64,000 nt of DNA from Guillardia theta CCMP2712 (taxonomy: Eukaryota > Protista > Cryptophyta), in assembly GCF_000315625.1 (NCBI RefSeq), contig NW_005434627.1, forward strand, positions 410,362 to 474,361, in the 5' to 3' direction. Both the position numbers and the translations under genes were made by a program. Positions 43,780-57,820 of this stretch are shown here, piece after piece. The notes under the pieces were generated by a model. The model had not been told where the DNA came from and ran no database searches. It worked only from the letters and a program-made list of their open reading frames with translations. Position 1 is the first letter of the stretch; every line of letters starts with the position of its first letter.

Positions 43780-46700
43780 CCAACACCTCCTCCTCCTCCT
43801 CCTCCTCCTCCTCCTCCAACTCCACATCCACCAACAACCTCTCACCGTCCTCTCTTCTCATCACGCTTCTCTTCGCAGTTTTGAGTACATCGGCAACGGA
43901 GCTCGTCTGGTTATCACCCCCCTCACCGACAGGATCTACGTTACAGCCACTCAGGCTCTCAAGCTCTGCATGGGATGCGCCCCGGCAGGACCTGCGGGGA
44001 CGGGCAAGACGGAGACGACCAAGGATCTCGCTGCCATGACAGCTGTGTGTATCTATGTGTTCAACTGCGCGCCGGAGATGGACTACAGGACAATGGGAGA
44101 CATTTGGAAGGGGCTGGGGGCGTCCGGGGCCTGGGGATGCTTCGATGAGTTCAACAGGCTGATAGCGGAGGTTCTTTCTGTTTGCTCGACCCAGTACAAG
44201 TGCGTGCTGGACTCCCTCAAAGCAAACCGCCCCACCTTCGTCATCGACGGAGCTGAGCTCAGTCTCACCCGCTCGGTCGGGGCGTACATCACCATGAACC
44301 CGGGCTACATTGGCCGCACTCCACTGCCCGAGTCCCTCAAGGTGCTGTTCCGCCCTGTCACCGTCGTTGTGCCGGACTTTGCGCTGATCTGTGAGAACAT
44401 GCTCATGGCGGAGGGTTTCACGCAAGCGAAGCTGCTGGGGACCAAGTTCATCAACCTCTACACGCTCTGCGGGGACTTGCTGAGCAAGGCGAAGCACTAC
44501 GACTGGGGCCTGAGGGCTATCAAGAGCGTGCTCAGAGTTGCCGGAGACTTCAAGCGAGCGGAGCCCGAGGTGCCGGAGCTGGCGCTGCTGTTCCGAGCCC
44601 TGAGAGACTTCAACCTGCCCAAGATCGTAGGAGACGATCTCATCATCTTCATGGGCCTGCTGGGAGATCTTTTCCCCGGCATCGACATCCCCCGTCAGAG
44701 GAACTGGGACAACGAGAAAGTCATAGCAGAGGTCATCACCGAAGCTGGGCTCCAGCCGGACGACGACTTCCAGCTCAAGGTGGTACAGCTCGACGAGCTG
44801 CTGGCGATCCGGCACAGCGTCTTCATCATGGGCTCGTCGGGGACGGGGAAGAGCGAGTGCTGGAAGATCCTGTCAGGAGCCAAGATCAAGCAGGGAAACA
44901 AGTGCGTGTGTAGGGATCTTGACCCCAAGGCTATCACTACCTACGACTTCTACGGCTACGTCAGCCTGGCGACGAGGGAGTGGAAGGACGGTGTCTTTTC
45001 CTGCCTCATGCGCGAGCTCGCCAACGCCCCGGACACAAACTCCAAGTGGATCCTCCTGGATGGTGACCTGGACGCGAACTGGATCGAGAGTATGAACTCG
45101 GTCATGGACGACAACAAGCTGCTGACCCTCGCGTCCAACGAGCGCATCCTGCTGAAGCCGCATATGAAGCTTATCTTCGAGATCCGAGATCTCAAATACG
45201 CTACCCCCGCCACTGCCTCTCGGGCCGGTATCACCTACATCACTGAGAAGAAGAGCCAGTGGTGGAGTTACATCCAGAGTTGGGTCGCCCGGAGAGAAGA
45301 TGACACGCCTGGTCAGTGTTGTTAGTGGTGTTGGTGTTGGTGTTGGTGTTGGTGTTGGTGTTGGTGTTGGTGGTGTTGGTGTTGGTGTTGGTGTTGGTGT
45401 TGGTGTTGGTGTTGGTGTTGGTGGTGTTGGTGTTGGTGTTGGTGTTGGTGGTGTTGGTGTTGGTGTTGGTGCTGTTGGTGGTGTAATTGGCAATGTTAAT
45501 GAGGGTTGGATTTCCTTCTGAGTGTGTTGTGAAAGAGTTGTTTGTGATGTTTGCTGTGTATGATCTAGTGTTATGAACTAGTATGGCATGCTCGATCTTG
45601 TTCTGTCACAAATCTGCTCGTGTAAGAATGCCTTCGTGACCTGCCAGCTCTGTCGTCATATTTGGTTCTCTGTCAGTGTCGTTTGCTCTCTTTCTCTCTC
45701 GCCCCTTCGCTTCTCCCTCATCCTGACTCTTCACGGCAGAGAGGAAAGAGTTCCTCCTCTCCCTATTCGAGAAGTACGTCGGCGAGTCGCTGCTGGCCAT
45801 GAAGATGGAGTTCAAACACATGGCTCCTATCCTTGATTTCAACCTCGTCCAGTCTCTCTGCAACGTCCTGCAAGGGCTCTACACCCCTGAGAACTGCCCC
45901 AAGAACGATCCCAAAGAGCAGCTCACCCTTGAGACTTACTTCGTCTTCGCGTGCATATGGGCGTTCGGCTCGGGCTACTCAATAACAGATGGAAACGACT
46001 ATAGTAAGCGCAGACCTCTTCCATATCTCTTCCTCCTTCTTGTCCTCCCTTCTTCCTCCTCCCTCTAGCTCTCGCTCTCCCTCCCTCCCCTCTCCTCCCC
46101 CTCCGTCTCTCCCCTCTTCTCTATCTGCCTTTCTCTTCTCGACCCTAATTTCCTCGTTCGCCTCTCCTCCCCCCCCTTCTTGCCTCTCCTCTTTGATCGC
46201 CTCCTCCTTTCCCTCTCCTCCTGACTTCTTCCCAGGAAAGAGCTTCTCCGCATGGTGGAAAGGCAAGTGGACATCGATCAAGATGCCGATGAAGGGAACA
46301 GTCTTCGACTTCTTCGTCGACAAGCAGACGCAAAAGTTCGTCAGCTGGGCCAACGTTGTCCCCGAGATCTCCTACTCCTCCACCACCTCCATGGACTCAG
46401 TCACCGTCCCCACGGGCGAGACGACCAGTATCACCTTCTACCTCGACCTCCTCGTCGAGCTCCGCAAACCAGCGCTGCTGGTGGGGCTGGCAGGAGCAGG
46501 GAAGACCGCGTTGATCAACGGAAAGCTCCGCACGCTGCCGGAGGAATACCTTTCCCTGACCATCAACTTCAACTACTACACCGAGTCAGCCGCGTTCCTC
46601 TCAGTGATGGAGGGGCAGCTGGAGAAGAAGGCCGGGAAAAACTACGGGCCCCCGGGCTCTTCCAAGCTCGTCTACTTCGTGGATGACCTCAACATGCCCC

Positions 46701-49700
46701 AGCTCGACCCCTACGAGACCTCGACAGCGATCAGTCTGCTGAGGCAGTACATGGACTACCAGCACTGGTACGACCTGACAAAGCTGCAGATCAAAGTCAT
46801 CAACAACTGCCAGTTCCTCTGCGCCATGAACCCGACCTGCGGCTCGTTTGTCATCAACCCTCGTCTGCAGCGTCACTTCATGGTTTTTGCCATCGGGTTC
46901 CCCGGCCAGGAGGCCCTTATGACTATCTTCAGCACGTTCCTCAACGGTCACGTCAAGGAGTTTGACCCCAAGATCGCCGATACAGTGTTCCAGAACAAGA
47001 TCATTCAGGCGGCGCTGGAGCTACATACTAAGGTCAGCTCTCAGTTCAGGAAGACAGCCAACAACTTCCACTACGAGTTCTCGATCCGCCATCTTGCCAA
47101 CGTGTTCAAGGGCATCCTGATGAGCGAGTCGACGTTCTTCACAGAGCCGGCCAAGTTCGCATCTTTGTTCCTTCATGAGGCAGAGAGGGTGTACGGAGAC
47201 AGGCTGGTGTCGATCAAGGACCTTGAGGCCTATCAGAAGATCAGCAAAGACACTGGCAAGAAGTTCTTCAAGGACTTCGACCAGGGCCAGGTGTTCCCTA
47301 ACCCTCATATCTTCTGCAACTGCTGGAAAGGTGAGAGATGAGGGAAAGTTTTGTCATGAGATGCTGATAGCATGCGTCTCCTCTCCTCTCCTCTCCTCTC
47401 CTCTCCTCTCCTCTCCTCTCCTCTCCTCTCCTGTCCTGTCCTGTCCTCTCCTCTCCTCGTTCTTCCTCTTGCTTCCAGACTTGGACGAGAAGAGCTATAA
47501 CCGAGTTGAGACGATGGAGAAGCTCTCAAAGATCCTAGGAGATGCTCTCAACAGGTAAGCAAACAGACTACCCCCTCACCTTCTCCTCGTCCTCTCATCA
47601 ACTCCTTTCTTCTATTCCAACTTCCCCTCTTGGTCTCAAACCTTCTTTCCTGTCCTATCTCTCTCAACCTTTTGTCTCCTCCTCCCCTCCTCCTTCAGCC
47701 TCCTCCTCCTCCTCCTCCTCCTTCTCCTCCTCCTTCTCCTCCTCCTCCTGTTCTAATTTTCTCTCAGCTACAACGAGACGAACGCAGCCATGAACCTTGT
47801 GCTCTTCGACGATGCCATGCGGCACATCTGCCGTATCTGCCGCATCATCCAGAACGGGCATGCCCTGCTGGTCGGTGTCGGAGGCAGTGGAAAGCAAAGC
47901 TTGACCAGGCTGTCATCTTTCATCTGCAACTGCAGCGTCTCGCAGATCGTGTTGAGCGGGACATACTCCATGTCAGACTTGAAGGAAGATATCAAACAGA
48001 TGTACATGAAGTCAGGGCTCAAAAACGAGTCCATTGTTTTCCTCTTCACTGACAGCCAGATCGCCGACGAGAAATTCCTCGTGTACATGAACGAGCTTCT
48101 TTCCTCCGGCAAGATCCCCAACCTCTTTGCCTCCGACGAGATCGACAGCATCTACGGCTCTGTCAGGAACGAAGGGAAAGGAGAGGGCATCGCTGATACC
48201 AAGGATGCGGTGACTTCCTCTTCCTTAGCACTTCTCCTCCTCCATCACCACCACCACCACCACCACCACCTCCTCCTCCTCCTCCTCCTCCTCCTCCTCC
48301 TCCTCCTCCTTTCGTTTCTTTCTTTCCGTCCTCATTCACGTTTTATCTTCACTTGCCATCTTCTCTGTACTTCTCTCCTCCTCCTCCTCCTCCTCCTCCT
48401 TTTCCTCCTCCTCTCCATTTCTTCCCCTTCTCTTCCCTTCAGCATCCTCTGACAGTGAGTGCAGATGTATGATTTCTTCATCTCCAAAGTCAAGCGCAAC
48501 CTTCACGTCTGCCTCTGCTTCTCCCCCGTAGGAGAAAATTTCCGCAGGAGGGCTTCAAGATTCCCGTCCCTCATTAACTGCACCGTCATCGACTGGTTCC
48601 AGCCATGGCCAGGTGCTGCTGAGGCTCTTCCTGCCTTCTTCCTCCTCCTCCTCCTCCTCCCTCCTCCCTCTTCCTTCTTCCCTCTTCCCTCCTCCCTCCT
48701 CCCTGCTCCTCCACTTTCTCATCCTCCTCATTTTCGTCCTCCTCTTGGAGTGCATCTTCCTTTCGTTTGCTCGTCCTCCCTCCTCCCTCCTCCCTCCTCC
48801 CTCCTTCATGACCCTCATGCTGTCCACAGAGAACGCTCTCTACGACGTGGCGAAGCGCTTCCTCGGAGAGATCGAGCTGGGAGAGGCAGAGGCGAGGGAG
48901 GGGATCATAAAGTTTATGCCCTTCTCCTTCGGGCGGGTCAACGAGGCCAGCGAAGACTACCTGCACAAGGAGCGGAGGTACAACTACACGACCCCCAAGA
49001 GCTTCTTAGAACTCATCTACCTCTACCGCAACATGCTCGCCAAGGAGCGCAACACGCTGCAGGCCAACATCGACAGGCTGAGCAACGGGCTCGACAAGCT
49101 AGAGAAAACGTCCAAGGACGTGGCGATCTTAGAGGAAGAGATCAAGGTCAAGTCAGTGGAGGTGGAAGCGGCGAAGGCGAACGCGGATGAGATTGCGGAA
49201 AAGGTGGGAGGGGAGAAGTCAAAGGTGGAGGAAGCCGCTTCTGCCGCCAACGACGAGGCTGCCAAGTGCGCTGTCATTGCAGAGAAGGCCGGTATCATGC
49301 AGGTTGACTGCGAGCGCGACCTGGCGGCCGCCATTCCTGCGGTAGAGAAGGCGGAGGCAGCGCTGGACACGCTGAACAAGAAGGATCTTGGAGAGCTCAA
49401 GTCTCTTGGGAAGCCGCCGCAGGGAGTGGACGACGTGACTGCAGCGGTGCTGGCGATGAGGGGGGAGCCGGCGAAGAATCGAGACTGGAACGCGGCGAAG
49501 AACATGATGAAGGATGTCAACAAGTTCATCGACGAGCTCAAGGGCATCAAGACGATCATTGACAGCAGTCAGATGCCTGCCAAGAATGTGGAGGGAGCAA
49601 GGCCGTACCTGGATCTTGAGCACGTGAAGAATGTTGACATCATGCGCAAGAAGTCCAACGCTGCTGCTGGGCTCTGTGAGTTTCTTCTCAACATCGTCAT

Positions 49701-52645
49701 GTACTACGACATCGTCGTCACCGTCGAGCCGAAGCGCCTGGCGCTCAAGACAGCTCAGGACGAGCTGGCGGCTGCCAACACGAAACTGGCGGAGGTGCAG
49801 GCGTACGTGAAGGACCTGGAGGAGAAGCTCGCGATCCTCGTCGCCGAGTTTGACAAGGTGGTGGCAGAGAAGAACCGAGTGGTGGCGGAGGGCGAGCGGC
49901 TGACCAACAAGCTCGGTCTCGCCCAGCGGCTCATGGCGGCGCTGGGGTCCGAGCAGGAGAGGTGGAAGGTGAACGTAGCAAAGATGAAGTCAGACTCCGT
50001 GTACCTCCCAGGAGACGTTCTGCTCGCTGCCTCGTTCGTGAGCTACGTCGGATGCTTCAACAAGACGTTCCGTGACCTTCTGATCAACCAGACCATGATA
50101 CCCTTCATGACCAAGAACGCCATCCCCATGTCCGACAACGCTGACCCCCTCAAGCTCCTCGCCGACCCGGCGGTCGTGGCCGAGTGGAACTCGCAGGGGC
50201 TGCCGGCCGACCGAGTCAGCCTAGAGAACGGCGTGATTTCTTCCATCTCCGAGCGCTGGCCCCTGATGATCGACCCGCAGCTGCAGGGGATCGTGTGGGT
50301 CAAGGAGAAAGAAAGTCAGAACAACCTGCAGCTCACCAGGCTCAACAACAAGAAGCTGCTCAACGTGATGGAGCAGGCGCTGGAGCAGGGCTGGAGCGTC
50401 ATGATCGAAAACCTCCAGGAGTCGCTGGACGCCGTGCTGGCTCCCATCATTGGAAGGCAGAAGATCAAGAAAGGAAGGAACTTCTTCGTCAAGGTCGGGG
50501 ACAAGGAGGTAGAGTACCATCCCAAGTTCAAGCTCTACCTGCACACGAAGCTCGCCAACCCTCACTACCCTCCCGAGGTCCAGGCAGAGTGCACGCTCAT
50601 CAACTTCATGGTGACGGAGGACGGACTGGAGGACCAGCTGCTCGCCAAGGTCGTGTCCAAGGAGAGGCCGGACCTGGAGGAGGAGAAGAGCTTTCTGATC
50701 CAGCAGCAGAACGAGTTCAAGATCAAGCTCAAGGAGCTTGAGGACGGGCTGCTGAAGCAGCTGGCAGAGGCGGAGGGAGACATTACTGAGAACATCGAGC
50801 TCATCGAGTCGCTAGAGGATGCCAAGAGGCTCAGCACAGACATTAACGAGAAGGTGATCATAGCGCAGGAGACCGAGGTCAAGATTAACGAGGCAAGGGA
50901 GGAGTACCGCGGGGTAGCCAACAGGGGAGCCCTCCTCTTCTTCGCGCTGGGAGAGCTGTTCAAGGTCCACTCCTTCTACCACTACTCGCTCTCGGCCTTC
51001 ACCTCCGTCTTCCTCCGCGCCATCGACTGGGCGGGCAGGAGGTACGTCGGAGCTCCCATCCACGTTCCGAAGCAGCTCGAGCTCTGCCAGGGCAAGAACG
51101 CCTTCCAGAAGTTCCGCACCATGCAGCTGCTGCTGAGAGCAGGTGCCAAGGGTCTCATAGGAACGGACGATGACAAGGGACCTGGGAAGCCCTCGACGCA
51201 GAAGGAGCTGGACCTGCCTGCCCGTCTCAAGGACCTCGTGAGTTCGATCACTTACCAGGTATTCAACTTCTGCCGCCGAGGATTGTTTGACAAGCACAAG
51301 TTGCTGTTCACAACCTCCATCGCGTTCAAGGTGCTGGTCCGCGACAAGACCCTCGACTCCGACGAAGTCGGCTTCATCATCTTCGGCCGCAAGAGCCTCA
51401 ACCCTCCTCCTCTCCACCCCGAGATGCAGCCATGGCTCTCCGACGCCGCATGGTCGGGAGCGCACGCGTGCCAGGAGCTCAAGTGCTTCGAGAAGCTCTG
51501 CACAGACATGGAGTCGGAGCAGACCAAGTGGCAGACGTGGGTGACGGACGAGCGGCCGGAGGAGAAGCCTCTGCCCGGGGACTACGACAAGATCACCAAC
51601 TTTCAGAAGCTGATCCTCCTCCGTCAGATGCGCCCCGACCGCCTGACGGGCGCGATGCGCAAGTGGGTCGGTGAGCATCCGACGCTGGGGAAGAGATACA
51701 TCGACGAGGAGGCGTTTGACATCTTTTCCATCTACAGGGAGTCAGCGCCGGAGACGGCCATGTTCTTCTACCTGTTCCCCGGTGCTGACATCGTGGCTGA
51801 CCTGGACCCTCTGCTCAAGGCCAAGGGTTTCACCATCGAGAACGGCAAGTTCATCAACATCAGCATGGGGCAGGGGCAGGAGCCCGTGGCGGAGGAGGCG
51901 CTTGAGCGGTGCATGAAGGAGGGAGGATGGGTGTTCCTGCAGAACATCCACCTCATGTCCATGTGGGTCAAGACGCTCGAGCGGAAGCTCGAGAGCTCTC
52001 AGGACCCCGAGACTCACAAAGACTTCCGCTGCTTCCTGTCCTCGGAGCCTCCTCCTATGCCCTCCCAGCAGAGCATCCCCGAGGCCATCCTGCAGAACTC
52101 CATCAAGATCTCCAACGAGCCTGCCCAGTCCCTCCGCCAGCTGCTCTTCCGCGCCTGGACCAACTTCGAGCAGTCGACGCTGGACGCTTGCAAGCGCCCA
52201 AGGGACTTCCGCACCCTCCTGCTCGGCCTCTGCGTCTTCCATGCGGAAGTGAACGGCAGGAAGAAGTTCGGCAACATGGGATGGAACTGCGGCCATCTGT
52301 ATGGCTTCACCCTTGGGGACTTGACCCAGTGCGCTGACGTTCTCAACAACCAGCTCAACGCTCGATCGGGGGCGAGAGCCAACGAGGAGGCGCCGCTGAG
52401 AGACTTGCGGTACATCTTCGGAGAGATTATGTACGGCGGGCATATCACAGACAAGTGGGATAGGAGGACGAACGTGACTTACCTCGATGTGATCATCGTT
52501 GCTGGAATCCAACAGCCGGAATTTGAGCTGTTCCCCGGGTTCAAGACCAAGCATGACGGAACGTGGGAGGACTACCTGGCGTACATCGAGAACGAGCTTC
52601 CGCCCGAGACACCCAATGCATATGGTGAGAGAGGAGAGGGAAGGG

Positions 52646-52710
<65 letters not shown>

Positions 52711-54462
52711 GAGAGGAGGAGAGAGGTGTGGTGGGAGTTGAGGGTCAAGGGAGAGGGGAGCGCTTGTTGGAGAAGGAATGAAAGGAGTTACGAGGGATGA
52801 AACTAGATTAGATTAGCAGTACTTGTTGCCGAGTTGAAACAAGATCAGCAGTACTTGTTGCTGAGTTGCCAACAAGATATCAAACGTGTATGTTGTTGTC
52901 TTCACTGACAAGAAACTCGCAGGGATGCATCCCAACGCTGAGATCAATTTCCTCATGACGGAGCAGAAGGAGCTCTTCGAGGAGCTCCTGAACATCGGAG
53001 GAGGAGGCGGAGGAGGAGGAGGTGGTGGTGGGAAGTCCCGCGAGCAGATAGTAGATGGAATCATTACTCAACTTGCCTCGAAGTTACCTGAGAACTTCAA
53101 CATGCTGGAGCTGAAGATGAAGATCGGAGACAACCTGACGCCCTACCTCGTGGTGCTGGTGCAGGAGAGCGAGAGGTTCAACGGCCTCCTGTCCGAGATC
53201 CGCCAGTCGCTGAAGGAGCTCCGGCTCGGCCTGGACGGAGCCCTCAACATCTCGGAGAAGATGGAAACGATGATGAACCTGATGGTCATCCAGAAGATCC
53301 CCCCGACATGGGAGGGCATGGCATGGCGAACGCTCAAGAGCCTTGACGTGTGGTTCGCCGACGTCAACGCCAGAGTCGCTCAGCTGCAGGCCTGGGGGGC
53401 CTCCCTTGTCATGCCGGCCTCCCTGTGGCTCTCCGGCTGCTTCAATCCCATGGCGTTCATCACTGCCGTGATGCAGACGACAGCGAGGAGGAGGGGATGG
53501 CCGCTCGATGATGTCGTCACCTTCACTGACCCCACCAAGCTCGACTGGGACGAGGCGGAGAGCCAGCCGGAGGAAGGAGCCTACGTGCACGGTGAACATC
53601 CCTGCTCACCTACCTTGCTATCTTGCACTCTTGTCCTCCCTGACATCATGACGCCCTTCTCTCCTCCTCTCCTCCTCCTCTCCCCTCCTTTCTTCTCATC
53701 CTCCTCTGTTTTCCGAGCCACAACCATCTCCCTCCCTCTACATCCCTCCCCTCTCTGCCCTCTCTTCGCTACCATCTCCCCATCCCCTCCTCTTCCTCCT
53801 CCATCTGACCTGCATCTTCCAGGGATGTACATGGAAGGAGCGCGATGGGACAGGGATGAGGGAGAAATCCGGGACTCCCACCTGCGCGACCTGACTCCGC
53901 AGATGCCTGTCATTCACCTGCTCGCCATCCCAAGGACGGAGATCAAGGTCGAGGGCTACCATGACACTCCCTGCTACTACGTCTCCCAGCGAGGAGGAGG
54001 CAACCCTCCCGGCTCCTTTGTCTTCTTTGCTGTGCTGAAGACCTCTGAGCCCACGGTGAGCAGGAGGAGGATGGGGAGAGATGGAGGGAGAGAGGGAGAA
54101 AGAGCAGCGAGAGGAAGAGGGCAAGGAGGGGCGGAGGGGCTGGAGAGCAGAGCAGAAGGATGAGGATGACATCGATCAGAATGGGAAGGGAGAGAGCCGG
54201 GGGAAGGACAGGAAGATATAGATGGACGCTAAAAAGGAGGACGAGGAGGACGAGGATGAGGACAAGGACAAGGACAAGGACGAGGACAAGGAGGAGACTG
54301 GATAGAGGAGGAGGAGGAAGAGGGGGAGGAGGAGGAGACTGGGTAGAGGAAGGGAGGGGATGGACGGTGTGCTGAGACTCGCCGCAGGTCAAGGGCCTTT
54401 ACGGCGTCTACTCTTACAAGTGGGTGCTAGCTGGGGTCGGCCTCCTCATGCAGACGGAGTAG
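36069..54462 (+). CDS. ODA11: Axonemal outer-arm dynein heavy chain, alpha type with kelch / IPT / filamin-like N-terminal tail, about 25 introns
   Basis: Kelch repeats (RSGHT...LFGG, PRAHHS...VFGG), EGPLTGHTPIKIVG (IPT-like) and a second kelch set. Linker MRPRHW; P-loops GPAGTGKT, GSSGTGKS, GLAGAGKT, GVGGSGKQS; stalk, RWPLMIDPQLQG, ISMGQGQE; C-terminal KWVLAGVGLLMQTE*. The symbol is by analogy with the Chlamydomonas alpha chain. Confidence 0.93.
37574..37765. repeat. (GCTCCTT)n heptanucleotide tandem repeat, intronic
   Basis: Perfect 7-bp periodicity within a dynein intron. Confidence 0.95.
45327..45482. repeat. (GGTGTT)n microsatellite, intronic
   Basis: Directly after a dynein donor site at about 45312. 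Confidence 0.9.
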
Positions 54463-55539
54463 TTTGCGGGCCCTGCGGCAGGTGGAACCAGAGGTTGCCG
54501 CACCCTCCTCCTCCTCTTGGGGCCTCCCCCTCCGACTTGAGGCAGTACTCCCGAATGAATCGCTCCAGGTCGAGCACCAGGAAGAAGCTTGCTCCGTTCC
54601 TCTCGTCCCCCTCGCAGGGCTGCTCGACCCCCTGAGGTAGCCGCTCCTGCACCCACTGCCTGTCGACCTGAACGACGAAGGGGAGGGCTCCGTCCCAGAG
54701 CCTCCTGGGGCCCTCGGCGATGAAGAGGGTAAGGCACAGGAAGCCGTACGATTGCTGCATGTCTAGCAGGGATCCCAGCTGCTCCTCGAAGGTCGCCAGC
54801 TCCACGTACCGCTTCCAGTCAGCTGGAGTTGTCTCCACGATCAGGTTCCTGATCATCCTCCTACCCATCCACTCCCTCATCCCCCGCAGCACCAGCGCCT
54901 CCGCCCCCTCCACGTCGATCTTGACAAGCACCACCTCCTCATCAACGGGGAACCCGGGGAACGACCGCGCAAACTCGTCGAAGGAGACGGCCAGAACGCT
55001 CCCACCTCCTTCCCCGTCCCCCTCCTCTCCCTCCTCCCCCTCCTCCCTCCCTTCCTTCCTCTCCTCCACCACAAAGTTGCTCCCGTCGCACCTACCCATC
55101 GTCGATCTTACCCACCTTGTCCCCTCCGCCAGCCCCAGCAGCAGGGGCTCTACCAGGTCCCGCACGTCGTTAGCCCTCGTCGCCTCCTCCACCAGCTCCA
55201 GACACTCTAGCTGCACCTCGAAGGAGAACGTCCTGAACCCCAGCACACCCCCCAGCACGGAGTAGAACCCCGAGTTAGCGCCCACATCCAGCACCACCCC
55301 TCCCCTGCCCTGCCAGCTGGACAGCAGCTGGGCTGAGAGCTGGGTAATGCTCCCCTCCCACCCGTTGTTGTCGCAGGTGAAGAAGAAGAAGTCGTGACCC
55401 ATGAGCTCAGCGCTCATCCCGTCGAAGAACACCAGAGGGACCTCCCCTGCTCCTGCTGCTCCTGCTGCTCCTGCTGCTGCTCCTACTCCTGCTCCTGCTG
55501 CTCCTGCTGCTGCTCCTACTCCTGCTCCTGCTGCTCCTG

Positions 55540-55622
<83 letters not shown>

Positions 55623-55807
55623 CCAATCTGCAAAGTGCGGGTCAACATTCTCCTGCCTCGAGTCCCGAAGGTCTCCAGGTGCTCCTCCTTTCGCCGCTGC
55701 TGCCTCAGAATCTGATCCGTCAAGTTGAGAGTAACTTGGTGCTGGTGCTGGTGCTGGTGCTGGTGCTGGTGCTGGTGCTGGTGCTGGTGCTGGTGCTCAC
55801 TCGCCAC
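54446..55807 (-). CDS. FkbM-family SAM-dependent methyltransferase; main exon 54446-55441, gene probably extends upstream toward ~57460
   Basis: VVLDVGANSGFYS, FSFEVQ and LVKIDVEGAEALVLRGM motifs. A candidate signal-peptide exon MKCVNAIPAMVVLLLAFPG lies near 57430. Confidence 0.85.
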
Positions 55808-57820
55808 AAAGAACTTGGTCCTGCCAATCTGTCAGCAGCACATTCATCTGATGATACGTGTTGCAGGGAGCGAATACTTCTATCACGACTACTATCCTTC
55901 ATTATCATTGTTCTACCTTACATTATCATCACTCATCGTAATCTTCAGTGAACACCTCTTGCCAAACTCCGCACGCCTCAAATCTTCACCATCCTCTTCC
56001 CTCACTTTGCCCCAGCTCGTCTCTCTCTCTTCATCGTTACCGTGCTGCTCTGCAGAGTTCAGTCCCGGCAGCATTCTTGACTGAGAGCTTCAGTGCATGC
56101 TCCCCTCCCCCTACAGTGCACGTCGTGAGCACAGGCAGGGGAACAGGAGAAGGCTCCTACGGAGGAGAGGGAGGGGAGGAGGAGACGAGCAAGTTGTGCT
56201 GCAGACCGGCAGCTGGCCATGCAGCCAGTAGCTCTTCGCTGTACAAGAGGACGAGCAGGTGCTGAAGCATTCGCGTTAACTCGCTCGCGCAAACTGCCAG
56301 AGCCCAGCTCACCCTGTCCAGACCACTTCCTCGTCCACCTCCACCACCAACATACACGGCTCCTCCTCCTGGTGGGCCGTGAGCCGTCGGAGAGAGGAGC
56401 AAGTCAGGAGGCTACCCCGAGGCAGGAGTACATGCCGACAACATCCAGCGTCAACGTCGAGTCAAACTCAACGTTCAAGTCTCCCGCTGCCTCGACAACC
56501 TGCGAGCTCTGCGGACTCCTGACAACCAGACCTGACGAGGAGGCGAGTGAGAAGAAAGACGGTCGAGACATCAGCTACGACATTTGTCGTCGACAGACAG
56601 CGAGGGCGCCGGGAGTCTCATGACGACCTCGTGGTATCCTGCTCCAAACACAAGCTCAACACAGAGAAATAGACATCATATCGTGTTCCTCACCATCCGT
56701 AGCCTCTAGGAGCACAGGTAGGCCGATCACCCAGGAAGGAAGGCGATCCAGATGAAAGAGTCTGTCCCGACAGTCTACCGCCAGCTCGACTTTCACCGCG
56801 TCGTTTTCGCTGCCGTTAGCACATCAGCAATGCGGTGAAGTGGCCATGGCGAGGAGGAAGGAAGTGGCCATGGCGAGGAGGAGGCAGCTCAAGGCATCAA
56901 GCAAGCCAAGGGAATGATAACTGATAATTTGCGCCAAGGGAAAGCGAAATGAGAGCAAGCAAGGGGATATCAGGAACGGACTAGCCCTGAGGGAATGGAA
57001 ACGGTTGAGAAAAGAGGGTGAAGGAAGAAGAAGGGATTGGAGGAGGAGGTAGTGCAAAGAAGGATTGGAGGTGGTAGTGCAAGGCTGGCCATACTCGTAA
57101 GCTAAGGGAGATAGATCATGAGCAACATCAGGTGGAGGGATGGCGATGGCTATCTGTACTTGCTCCGATCTGCAATCGTCTATGGATAGACTCAGACGTA
57201 GGCTGGGCAGGGATGTAGGTCAGCCAACAGGAGGAGCAGGTGGAAGATGTAGGTCAGCCAGCAGGAGGAGCAGGTGGAAGCAGATTCACCTCTCAACAGA
57301 CTCTTGGTTCGACCTGAACAGCTTGTGCATTCCATCGCATGTCAATGTTGCGTTCCCAACCCTCATGGTGCCAGTGGGTCCGGGGAATGCAAGCAGGAGG
57401 ACGACCATTGCTGGGATGGCATTGACGCATTTCATGGTGGCCTTCCTCAGGAGATCTTCAACCATTCATACACCTCCTTCTCGCTTCACCATCGAATTCT
57501 ACTCCTCTCTCAGGTCATGTCGCGCCATCGCTCAGAATCTCCTCTCCTGAGCTCTCCTGTTACACCTTGTCCTCTCCTACAACAGACCTACACGGCAGTC
57601 AGCACACCTCTTCCTGCCTCCTCTCTGTCACTGCGAGCCATCCTCAAGGTCATCTCCTCATGATCCATCTCCCGCCTCGTCTCCTCTTCTATCTCTCTCC
57701 TTCTCTCCCTGCATTGGGATTTTTATCGGGCGCATGGAAGCGAGGCGGGCCAACCGTTTCAAACGTTCCATCGCAACAGAGAGCGACGGTTTCAATTAAC
57801 GGTAAGAGGGGCGAAGCGGC

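Noticed and set aside
45327-45482. (GGTGTT)n as an interstitial telomere
   Set aside because: Not a TTAGGG-type unit; it sits in an intron like many other microsatellites here.
43637-52554. Long minus-strand ORFs (e.g. 392, 288 and 270 aa)
   Set aside because: Antisense shadows of GC3-rich dynein exons with no independent motifs.
52815-52878. ~32-bp tandem duplication with a small hairpin in a dynein intron
   Set aside because: No snoRNA box motifs or other RNA-gene evidence; a simple local duplication suffices.
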